Assembly: GCF_009914755.1 (NCBI RefSeq)
Contig: NC_060927.1
Origin: the human T2T-CHM13v2.0 reference genome, Homo sapiens
Direction: 5' to 3' (one strand)
DNA length: 64,000 nucleotides
Numbering within the stretch: the first letter of the stretch is position 1; each line of letters starts with the position of its first letter. Both the position numbers and the translations under genes were made by a program. The notes under the pieces are model-generated. The model was not told the DNA's origin. It searched no databases and worked only from the letters and a program-made list of their open reading frames with translations. Below, piece by piece: positions 28,125 through 40,330 of the stretch.

Positions 28125-28752
28125 TGCTACTGGACAGGGACCCTGATCTAGATCCCGAAAGAGGATTCTTGAATTTCACACAAGAAAGAATTTGGGGCAA
28201 ATCCATAAAGTGAAAGCAAGTTTATTAAGAAAATAAAAGAATAAAGAATGGTTACTCCATACGCAGAGCAGTAGCATAGACTGCTCAAATAAGAATACTT
28301 ATAGTTACTTCTTGATTATATGCTAAACAAGGGGTGGATTATTCATGAGTTCTCCAGGAAAGGAGTGGACAATTCCCAGAACTGAGGGTTCCTCCCCTTT
28401 TTAGACCATATAGGGTAACTTCCTGACGTTGCCATGCTGTTTATAAACTGTCATGGCGCTGGTGGGAGTGTCTTTTAGCATGCTAATGTATTATAATTAG
28501 TGTATTATGACAGTGAGGACCACCAGAAGTCACTTTCATCGTCATCTTGGATTTGGTGGGTTTTGGTCAGCTTCTTTACTGCAAACAGCTTTGTCAACAA
28601 GGTCTTTTTGACTTGCATCCTGTGCCGACCTTCTATCTCATCCTGTGACTTATAATGCCTAACCTCCTGGGAATTCAGCCCAGTAGGCTTCAGCCTTATT
28701 TTACCTAGTCCCTATTCAAGATGGAGTCATTCTGGTTCAAACAACTCTGCCA
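28125..28752 (-). mobile_element. MER41 (MER41B-like) ERV1 solo LTR
   Basis: 628 bp; CCCTATTCAAGATGGAG, GGGTAACTTCCTGACGTTGCCATG; 4-bp TSD GTAC (28121-28124, 28753-28756). Confidence 0.9.
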
Positions 28753-28867
28753 GTACTACCCAAAGTTTGGTAATTATTTGTTAGTGGACAATGAGAGTAC
28801 AGTCCTTGCTCTCAAGGAGCTTTAAATCTAGCAGCATAGTTAGTCCATTTCTTATTAATTAAGAAAA

Positions 28868-29138
28868 GTGTATATATATATGTGTGTGTGTGTATATATA
28901 TATATATACACATATATATACATATATACACATATACACATATATACATATATACACATACACATATATACATATATACATATATACATATATACATATA
29001 TATACATATATACATATATACATATATACATATATATACATATATACATATATATACATATATACATATATATATACATATATACATATATACATATATA
29101 TACATATATATACATATATACATATATACATATATATA
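28868..29138. repeat. Compound (TA)/(TG)/(TATACA)n alternating purine-pyrimidine repeat
   Basis: Direct reading, ~270 bp. Confidence 0.95.
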
Positions 29139-30186
29139 AAATGAGATCCCAATATTTTTCTTTTAAGATATACCTTACTTATACTTCAATTATATTATCC
29201 ATCTGATTCTGAATTTTGTTTTTTTGGCGGTTGTGTGCCTTCAAAGAAGACGTTTTCGTGTTTGACTCCTCCTATATAAAATAATGCATTTCACAATCTT
29301 GCTTTGTTCAAATTTTACTTCTGTAAACTCTCAAAGACAGTTTTAATATTTGGAACCATCAATTTTTATTTTTGGTATAAGCTTTATTTATGGTCCATTT
29401 CACTATTCTGCCCAAGTCATTTTCTCTAGTTTCTTTATATATGATTAACTGAAAGATAAGTTTATATTTAAATTAGGTACTAAATGCTTGAAACAGACAA
29501 AGTTTCAAAGGATTTCCCCAAACAAAATTGGTTAAAATCTTGTATTTATCACTGTCTTTTAGAATTATTTTACAATTTTCTGTTATTGCAAAATTTAGAA
29601 AAAGTTGAAGCAATTGTTTACATTTATTATAAAACACTTAACTGAATGTCTAACATATTCAAATTCACTTTTAAGGCCAGGAATTTTGTTTTTCCAAATG
29701 ACCCTCTACCAAATCACAAGGATTATTTTTACTTCATTTGTTTATTTGCTTTGGCATATTCAGCAGTCAGTGTTCTTTGGCTTCAGGCAGTTTTCTTATG
29801 CATAGTGAGAATGGATTACTTTATTGAAAAACTAATTATTTGCTCAGAAAATTAACTGGAAGACTGAAAAACTATGACAAAAATAAAGAGAAACTAAAAA
29901 AAAAAGTCAGCTGTCTGGGCATCATTAACTACTGGAGCTTTGCATCAAAACAACTGCTGAAATGAATGAACTCTAATTTTTTTTATACCTTTGGATCACT
30001 TCACTAATGTGTTTTGGTCTAGGAAAGTTAGTAAGATTGACTTATCAGGTTTCATGGGTCCACTCTTCGGTTAAGAAAGAGCAAGAAATGTTCATTTTCT
30101 ATCTTTAGAGACTCTTTTTTTGTGGAGGAGCTGGGGTCCAGAACTTGGCTGAATTAATTCTGGATGGTAAAAATCCTAGTAGCAAC

Positions 30187-30772
30187 TGTGGGGGCAATTG
30201 CTCTTGGCCCCCTGGAGGTTAGCTAAAAATTATTGATATGAGGTAGACGGATTAATTGGAGGAAAGGCATGCAAATTTATTTAACGTGTATTTATTTAAC
30301 AGGAGCCTTCGGAATGAATACCCAACTTCTTAATAAGCTACAGAAACTTATATACTATCTCAAGGTTTCAAAAAGAATGGGAGCTTGGATCCTTGTAAAA
30401 CAGGTTGTGAGAAGAAGGAAAAGAGGAATTCTCTTGAGGAGGAATCAATGATTACTATCAGAGAATGAATGGATCCAGGCACAGAGATGAACTTGTAAAT
30501 AATTCTGTTTGCAATTTTAATGATCCTTGGAAACAATCTTTATCTTGAAAAAGGTTCTGTTCAAATTTGGTTACATTTTTTATCTTACAAGGAGGGGAAG
30601 AAAACTGTTGTTTTCCTTGGTGGGTCTGCATCTTAGGCAGTTAAAGGAATTTAGGTTTCTTTGGGAAGAAGTTGTGTGGGGGTCGGGAGGAAGGTCGGAG
30701 AGCCCTTTTGGCTTCTTCAATCCAGCATGCCAAAACATCATATTTTAAGCTATTGGTGTCTGAACCCCAACA
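30187..30772 (-). mobile_element. ERV1 solo LTR (MER34-like)
   Basis: TG...CA termini (TGTTGGGGTTCAGA start on - strand); near-TSD CAAC/CTAC. Confidence 0.65.
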
Positions 30773-30882
30773 CTACTTAGAAGTTACCTTTAGAGAAAAT
30801 TGTTTAATATATTTTTTTCTAATTTACTAAAACACAGATTCCCAAATATATTGTTTTATCCCAGTGAGTCAAAATATAGCAC

Positions 30883-31280
30883 TGTGAGGCCTCTGAGCCC
30901 AAGCTAAACCATCATATCCCCTGTGACCTGCACGTATACATCCAGATGGCCTGAAGTAACTGAAGAATCACAAAAGAAGTGAAAATGGCCTGTTCCTGCC
31001 TTAACTGATGACATTACCTTGTGAAATTCCTTCTCCTGGCTCATCCTGGCTCAAAAGCTCCCCCACTGAGCACCTTGTGACCCCGGCCCCTGCCCACCAG
31101 AGAACAACCCCCTTTGACTAATTTTCCTTTACCTACCCAAATCCTATAAAACGGCCCCACCCCATCTCCCTTTGCTGACTCTCTTTTCGGACTCAGCCCG
31201 CCTGCACCCAGGTGAAATAAACAGCCTTGTTCCTCACACAAAGCCTGTTTGGTGGTCTCTTTACACAGACGCAAGTGAAA
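30883..31280 (+). mobile_element. HERV-H solo LTR (LTR7)
   Basis: TGT(C)AGGCCTCTGAGCCCAAGCTAA...CCAGATGGCCTGAAGTAACTGAAGAATCACAAAAGAAGTG...GCCTGTTTGGTGGTCTCTT; TATAAAA 31145-31151, AATAAA 31216-31221; TSD AGCAC/AACAC. Confidence 0.95.
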
Positions 31281-31669
31281 AACACAAATTGCAAAATTAT
31301 ATTACATTTGCATTACTTGATATGGCATTTTGCATATTTCGAGATGATGGGTAGATATGCTTTTAAAAAACATTCTTTGTATGAACCTGACATACAGTGG
31401 ATGAAATGATGAAATTGAAACATGTTATCCGTTTTCATGGCATCAACAATTTATAACCCAGTGACTTCTAAATCTGCATCTCCAGCCCAGCTTTCTTTTC
31501 CAGGGTCCAGATTTGTATATCCAAATTCTTTTATCCTCACTTTAACATTGCATAGGATCACAATCTCAACATGTTGAAGATGAACTATCAGCGTTTGCTC
31601 CACTCCATATTTCTTTCCAAAACTTGCTCTTCTCCAAAATTCCTGCTAATTTAATGATTTATCTCTGAA

Positions 31670-32070
31670 TCAGGATAGGGTTGAATATGCTGTAGTAAAA
31701 GATAATTCTTGACATTTCAGTGCATAAACACAATTAGTTTGGTTTCTCACTCTTCTTACCATGCAGTGAGGACCAGGCACGTCTCTTGGGAAGTTCTGTC
31801 ACATGGAGCCAGGGAACCAGACTGCTACCGATCTCGTAGCTGGACCGTTTAGAATAAATGTATTCTGATATTGCCCTGAGAGAGAGAGAATGGCTTTGTG
31901 GATTGTGTGTAATGTTTTTAAGATTTAGGCCTGAAAGTGGCTTTATCACCTCCACCCATGCTGGCTAGAAGCCAGTGACATGGTATACAACGTAACCGTA
32001 AGGAAGGCTGGGAAATGTATTCATGTGCCCCACAAAAAGAACGTGGTGAGTTGAACACAAAGTGTTCTTA
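31670..32070 (-). mobile_element. Old MLT1 (J/K-like) LTR relic
   Basis: TCAGGATAGGG...ATGCTGTAGTAA, CCAGGGAACCAGACTG, AAGGAAGGCTGGGAAATGTA. Confidence 0.5.
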
Positions 32071-32274
32071 CCTTTACCAATTCATCATTTATCTATCTGC
32101 TCAAACCAAAAATGTGGGAGATATTAACTTTTTTCTTCTTCATACCCTATTTCTAATCATTTAGTTCTCCTTATTTTACTGATTAATTTCTCTTGAACAT
32201 ACTCAAATATTTTTCACCATCACTGTCTTTACTCTGATTCAAGCCTTTATTATTTTCCTACAAGCTTATTGCTA

Positions 32275-33128
32275 TGTAAGCTGAAAATAAAATTCTATCC
32301 CCTGAAAATGACTCTTGGCCAAGAGGACCCTAGAGTAACACCTTGAAAACTGAGTTTCCACCATGGTAAGATAGGAGGTTAGACATGCCTCGTTATTCTC
32401 TTTCCTGCACTAACCACAATTAGGCTTTATCCCGAAGTGCTAAATCAGGTGTGTCTAATCTTTTGGCTTCCCTGGGCCACATTGGAATAAAAACAGTTGT
32501 TTTGGGCCACACATGAAACACACTAACAGTAATGATAACTGATGAACTTAAAAAAAAAAAAAGATGCAAAAAGAATTCATAATGTTTTAAGAAAATTTAC
32601 AAATTTCTGTTGGGCCACATTCAAAGCCTTCCTGGGCTGCATGTAACTTGTGGGCTGCAGGCTGGATAAGCTTGGGCTGAAACCAGCCCTTTCAGAAGAC
32701 TCCAAGGGACCACCCACAAAGGAGTTGTTCTGGACAGTCCAGGAGAAGCTCAGTATGGGTTTTTGTGTCCTCTGCTTCACCTTTTGACTTCAGAGGGCCA
32801 AAAATTCCACCGTTGGATTATGCTAACACAGCCATTTTTTTGTGCATGGGACTCACAAAGAGGCAAGAAGCTCAATTGCCCATGCACATGTTTCCCTTTT
32901 CATAAATAGTCATGGCCCCTAAAGCTTACTGAATATGTATATTTGGCCACCATGGTCAATATAAATTCCTGTTCCTTTTGCTGCTCCGTCGAAGTGTCTG
33001 CTTCTGGCTTCTGGCCTGAGGCTATGCTTCCCAGCTTGTCATAATGGTCCCCCTGCTGGCTGCAGCCATTTACCAGAAATAAAGCTCTTTTTTCCAAATT
33101 TATGAACCTCCTCATTCTTAAGTTGACA
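32275..33128 (+). mobile_element. MER4-group ERV1 solo LTR (MER49/MER72-like) with nested MER30
   Basis: TGTAAGCTGAAAATAAAATTCTA...CTCTTGGCCAAG...AATAAAGCTC...GTTGACA; 4-bp TSD GCTA (32271-32274, 33129-33132). Confidence 0.8.
32446..32674 (+). mobile_element. MER30 hAT-Charlie transposon
   Basis: CAGG(G)GTGTC(C)AATCTTTTGGCTTCCCTGGGCCACATTGGAA...TGGATAAGCTTG; degenerate 8-bp TSD. Confidence 0.9.
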
Positions 33129-33561
33129 GCTATAGCTCAAGTTATTTTCCTCTGATGCCTGAAAAATCCTTTCAGATTAAAAATGAAACTAAAAAAACAC
33201 GTATTCTTTAAAATTATTCAATGGCACCCAATATTCCTCAGGCTACTTTCTTAGCATGCTGTATAGGTCTTTCATGATAGGAATTCTGCTGAAATCCTTC
33301 CTCTCTCCCCTAATCCTCACTCTAGATCTGAATTCTGCAGACAGATAAGGTCTTCTTTCCTCCTAAATCTTCACATAAGCTTGGTCTTTTGCATGGATTA
33401 CTCTTCAATGACTCTCTAACTCCTACTGATGTTTTATAAATCAGCATCATTTCTTTCGCTATGTCCTTCCTAATTTGAGTACTACATTTGCTCCCACAAA
33501 ACCACTTTCCTTTTTTCATAACATTCTTAATTTTTTTTAATTTGGTTAAATTTATGTTACA

Positions 33562-34430
<869 letters not shown>

Positions 34431-34559
34431 TACACGAGTTTTTATAACCAGCATTAACTGCCCCCAATATGTATGGCGAGATACCAACCAGTAACCATTT
34501 ACATTAAATACCTCTGGATTTCTCCCCACTGGGAAATTGTCTCAATATGGTGATTAATT

Positions 34560-34867
34560 TACAACCCCGATATGACCTCAGTGTTACCAATCCAGCTACC
34601 AGATGAGGCAATAATTCAAGATACATCATCAGAGCAAGTCATGTAGACCTGCACCTTCTGGCCCACCCCACTGCATGCTTTTTATACTAAACCTGACTTT
34701 TTAAGTCCTTGCTTTCCTCCAGGGAAGCTGAAGCTGTTTCTTTAGATGAGAATCTGGCCACTTCCCCACTGCTAGCTCTGGATTAAAGTTACTTTATTTT
34801 AACTGCATCTTGTCTTTATTATTTTGGCTTTGCAAATGGAGAGCAGTGAAACCTGCATTGTGTTACA
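34560..34867 (+). mobile_element. ERV1 LTR 3' fragment (family similar to 62821-63375)
   Basis: ATTAAAGTTACTTT...GAGCAGTGAAACCTGCATTGTGTTACA terminus. Confidence 0.5.
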
Positions 34868-35062
34868 TCCCCAGTAGCTGGGACTGCAGGCGTACACCAC
34901 TGTGCCTGGCTAATTTTTAAAATTTTGTTGTGGAGATAGGGTCTTGCTTTGTTGTCCAGACTGGTCTCAAACTCCTGGTTGTCCAGACTGGTCTCAAGAA
35001 ATCCTCCCACCTCCGTCTCCCAAAGTGTTGGGATTATAGGTGTAAGCCACTGTGCCTTTCCT
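34868..35062 (-). mobile_element. AluJ, partial, with a 20-bp internal duplication
   Basis: GTTGTCCAGACTGGTCTCAA at 34951-34970 and 34978-34997. Confidence 0.88.
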
Positions 35063-35145
35063 CAACATTTTAAAAACTGCAGTTAGGATGGGTAGAAGTG
35101 GTTGAGCAGTTTTGTTATCACTCTCAGTAAGAATGCTTCTTGCTC

Positions 35146-35497
<352 letters not shown>

Positions 35498-38400
35498 TTA
35501 AAAGAAAGGAGAAAACAATGCTAGAAAAAAGAAGCAATAGATGTCTTCATGTCCTGACCGTTTATCCAGGTTTCTATAATCAAGTTTTATCTTGGTTGAT
35601 TTGGCTTCTTAGAATCCTTTTTATGTATTAGAAAAAAAGAGGAAAGAATAGCAGAAGGTTGGTTTATAAAGTCTTCTGAATCTTGGTAGTCCTCCCATAT
35701 CTAATCACATTGCTTTATGCACAGTTGATAAACTGCAAACACCTTTTTACTGATTTTTCCAGTTATTTTAGTATTCTATAATACATAATTTAAAGTATTT
35801 AGAATAATTACTTAAATAAATATTAGGGATATTTAACTCACTACATTTTTGAAGACTATTTTAAATAAGTGCGTATCTGAAATGATTTTATAAATTAATT
35901 GGTATTCTTTATTTGACAATAGAGGATATTAAAACCCAAATGGGATATATAACATAAGCTATAATATTCTGCAAGTAAGGGATAGACCCACAGGACTGCA
36001 AAGCTATGCAAGTCCAACCTGAACAATCTAAAACTCCTGGGGCAATATATAGGAGGACTCTGGCTAGAATCCAGTACTCCAGGCCCCAGTTTAGCTTCCA
36101 TTGAGCATGTTCTTCTTGCTGGAAGCTCTCAAACTTTTAAATTTAAACTCTGATTTTTTGGGAAATAAAAAATCTCCTTATCTATGATTTCCCATCCTAC
36201 CTGGAGAAATAATAATGTGCAAAGTAGTCTAGCTTCTGTAAGAACTTACTTTCTGGAGTTTGTGTTAAAAACAAAATAAAACAATAGTTTTCATTATATA
36301 TGTTTTTAAATATAAAAATATATTATCATATTAAATAGGCTTAAACTTTATTTATTCTTCCAAAGATATTGAAATATTTTTTTCCATCATGCTTACAGCC
36401 TTCAAAATCTTTGCAATATATAATAATACTGCTTAGTTAGAACCTTTTGATACTTTAAAATGTAGGTTGTCATTTGAAGTATGTGCCATGTTTGTAGGTA
36501 GCATTTTATTTCATATTTCATGAAATATAAAGTTAATATCTTTAAATATTAAATGATAGTAGCCCAAATATTATTTTGCCAAATAAGTTGCTTAAAGTGT
36601 TTACCTTTTATGTGGTCAACAAAGATTTCTGAAGGTGATCCAGGTCATGTGTCTAATGCAGAACTGATCTTGTTATAGGTATGAGATTATCTTACTTTAA
36701 AACTCAAATCCTGTCATTAAATCACTGACAGAGCTTTCATTTCAAATGTGGCCTTTAAATGCATAACATACAGAAGGACAATTAAAGATACTCATAGTCT
36801 GTTATCATTGCCATTGGTTCTGCTAATGAGTCCTGTGACTTGTTTCAGAATAAAAATGCTACTCCTGAGAAAGCTTATCAATCTAAGCAAGTGAGTCTTT
36901 ATCATTTTGCCCTTAAATAGATAGTGTTCTGCGACTTTGAGTTTGGGGAGCAGTGCTAGAAGAAACTCTTTATAAAAGAGCTATTAGTCTTGTGCAGTCT
37001 AGGATCTGACAGCTCATGAAGTGACACAGACCATTACATTACCAACACAATTTCCAATTCCTTAGGCATCTCCAGCACTTCTGGAGAAATACCTTAGCTG
37101 TTTTTAAAATTTTCTTTCCTTTTCTTTATTTTTCTTCATTTTTTAAAAATGTTACTAGATTTTCATACTAGATTTTTCAATGAAAACATATGCTCTTTGG
37201 TTGGAAGTCTTCACTCTAAATGTCTATTTTATACCTTATGTGATCATAACTTGTTAATATTTTAGGTAGAAAAAACCAATACAAATAGCGAAAATAATAA
37301 TAGTAATAATAATTGGCTTTTGCAAAGAAATACATCTATTTATTGAAATAAAGTTCAAGAATTAGAACCTTATATTAGCATTGTTATTATTTGTAATTTT
37401 GAAAAACTTAAGCGGTAGTTCTCTGAGTTTCTAGAGAGGAATGAACTAGATATTTAAGTAGGAAGATTCTAATATGGACATTTCTCAAAAGGACAAATAG
37501 CATAGGTGTAGTTTTTATAACAAAATGCCAGTGTTTAACAATATATTTAATACATACTTATTTTTAATACATTTGTAATCTAAATGTCATCTATAGACAG
37601 TCTCATAAGTTCAAACTTTAAAAACAGCAGTGATATATTTCCTATTTTAGATGCGAATTTTCTTTGGAGAAATTAGTGCATCAGAACAGCTATCTTCTTG
37701 GGTGAAGAAAATGATATTAAACCAACTGCCTGCTGTATTATCTCAGTGTATGTTTATTTTATTGATCTTAACTTTTACATCGAAATTTTTTGTAAACTTT
37801 AAAAAAAAACTTTATATTCATTATTTATTGTCTTGTGGTCTTTCCTATAGAGCAATGCTGTATTTCTAAGGCACTGAAACTGACGTTTTCTGTTATATGT
37901 TAGGTATCTTGTGGATGTAAGAGTATAACAGGTAAGGTGAAAATTAACTCAAGCCAAACTGCGTCATCAAATAGTTCTTTTTTTCTGTTTCCACTCACTC
38001 TTCTCCTTCTGCCTTATGCCAAATTTTCCATTTCAGTTATTTACAAAGGTTGGGAATACACTTACGAGAACCACATGAGAAAATAGAGGAGAAGCAAAAG
38101 TCCTCCTTAAAAATCTACGCCTTGGCAAGCTTCTATGTTTCTGTGCTGCTAAATACTATTTGGACTTATATACCATGTGTGCTGGGATGGTAATGAAGGT
38201 CAATTGTTCACAAAATCTACTCTAGACTAGATTTTCTTATTAACATTCCAAATTATTTGAAGGCAGTTAAAATACTATTGTTTCAAGCTAAAGGAATTTA
38301 ACCCTTGTAGAGATATTCAGGAATCTGACCAAAATGCTCTCATGATCCAAAGAGAGTATCTTGAATAGTACATACATTCAATTGGTGCAAAGTATTTGTC

Positions 38401-39017
38401 TGTGAATTATTTCCTTCAGGATTGTCAGATTTATTATCCTGCCTTAAAAGGCTCTTATTTGATTTTTATGTCTTGGATTCTTATTTCATGGCTCAGGGAT
38501 TGGTGACATCTTTGTCTCCAAGTACTTGCAGAGGCAATAAGAAATGTCTAAGGTCTAAGACAAACATGAAAGAGAAGAAAAAATAGGTAAAAATATCTTT
38601 GGACACACAAAGTCCCCATCATTGTATTCAGTTTTAGAAAATTATATTTTTTCTTCAAAAATTATGAAGATAAGTTAATATATTTTATTATAATTTTATA
38701 ACCAGTATTTGTAATTATTTTATGATCAGTGAAATCAGTATATCCTTGAAATAGAACATGTTTTTATGTGGCATTTACATGCTAAAGAAAATATCAACCT
38801 TAAGACTAGCAAAAACAAATAATTTTAGGTTATCTAGGAATCCTGATCTGGAAAGTATGTTTAATAGTACATGATCATTTTAATGTTGTAACTTTTTGTA
38901 TAATTATATTCAAACATGTGAAGAACAATTAGAAGGAGATTAACTCTGAGATTTGAAAAATTTAACACATGGTCCATATTATCTGCTTAGAAAACTTTAA
39001 TTCTTTAATTTATTTAC

Positions 39018-39379
39018 TGATATGGTTTGGCTGTGTCCCCACCCAAATCTTATCTTAAATTGTAGCTCCTGTAATTCTCACGTGTTGTGAGAAGAACCCG
39101 GTGGGAGACAATTGAATCAAGGGGGCAGTTTCCCTCATACTGTTCTCATGGTAGTGAATAAGTCTCATGAGATCTGATGGTTTTATAAGAGATTTCCCCT
39201 TTCACTTGGTTCTCATTTTCTCTTGCCTGCCACCATGGTTAGATGTGCCTTTCACCTTCTACCATGATTGTGAGGCCACCCCAGCCATGTGGAACTGTGA
39301 GTCCATTAAACCCCTTTTTCTTTATAAATTACCCAGTCTCAGGTATGTCTTTCTAAGCAGTGTGAGATAGATTAATACA
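39018..39379 (+). mobile_element. THE1 (C/D-like) MaLR solo LTR
   Basis: TGATATGGTTTGGCTGTGTCCCCACCCAAATCT...ATTAATACA; 5-bp TSD TTTAC. Confidence 0.93.
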
Positions 39380-39924
39380 TTTACTTAATTCGTTTTAGTT
39401 AAAAAAATATTATCCATCATCTAGATTCCTTCCATTGTGTTTGGGAATCAGATTCATCAAAGATATTTCAAAAATGTATTCATATGCTAAAATTTGATGT
39501 AAATAGTTCTTGAAAGGTGATCAGAATGCTTCATAATAATTGGTATTGACCCTTGATCTATCTTTGTTGCATCTATATTTTAAAAATTGTTTTAGGAAAA
39601 AAATTGAAGTGATTATTTTTCTAATTGATAAATTTTCTTAAAAAAGGTCAGAAGTTCTTATAAGGATTATTTTTACTTTTTAATTAAACTAAAACTCTTT
39701 GTGGTCCATCTGGTCAGTGTATCATATTCTTATGATCATCTTTATTGTACTATTATATGAATTTCTTTTATGAAAAACCAACATGTACTCTACGTGTCTT
39801 AATGCAAATTTCATTGTGTAGTAAAATTGTTATTGTATGTTTGATAATATGTGCTTTGAAAATAAGAACCAACCAAATGAGAAAATAAAGATTATTGCTA
39901 TAGAAAATAAATCAGCCATCATGA

Positions 39925-40330
39925 CTTATGTTTTAGCAATGACTCAAAGGCAGGCAGAGGAACTGGAGACCTTCATGGCGGAAAAAAGGGAAGGCATCAC
40001 GTATGCCCTGATTGGATGCTTTCGGCATGGGGAATTTACGAAGGTTAACTAGAAAAAGTATTCTGTGTGATTGGTTAGTGGTGCATATTTGGGTTTCTCT
40101 GGTTGATTATCTGTTGAAATTGGGGACAAAAATTCAGAAAGCAGTCAGTTATTAATCAAGTCCTAGTCATCCTGGGTTGACTCTTAGAAAAACTATAGTT
40201 TGGCTTCCTGAATTGTCACTAGAGATAGCAATCTGAGCACCGTAGCTTCCAAGGCTGTTTGTTGCAGATATGATGGTTAGTATCCTGGAAAGTTGGTGCA
40301 GATTGTGTGTCAAAGTCCTGTTTTTACATA
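39925..40330 (-). mobile_element. Old ERV LTR relic (family uncertain)
   Basis: GAAAAAAGGGAAGGC...GTATGCCCTGATTGG...CAGTCAGTTATTAATCAAGTCCT. Confidence 0.5.

Noticed and set aside
28812-29206. Six overlapping YI/HI/MY-rich ORFs
   Set aside because: Artefact of a stop-free TA/CA microsatellite
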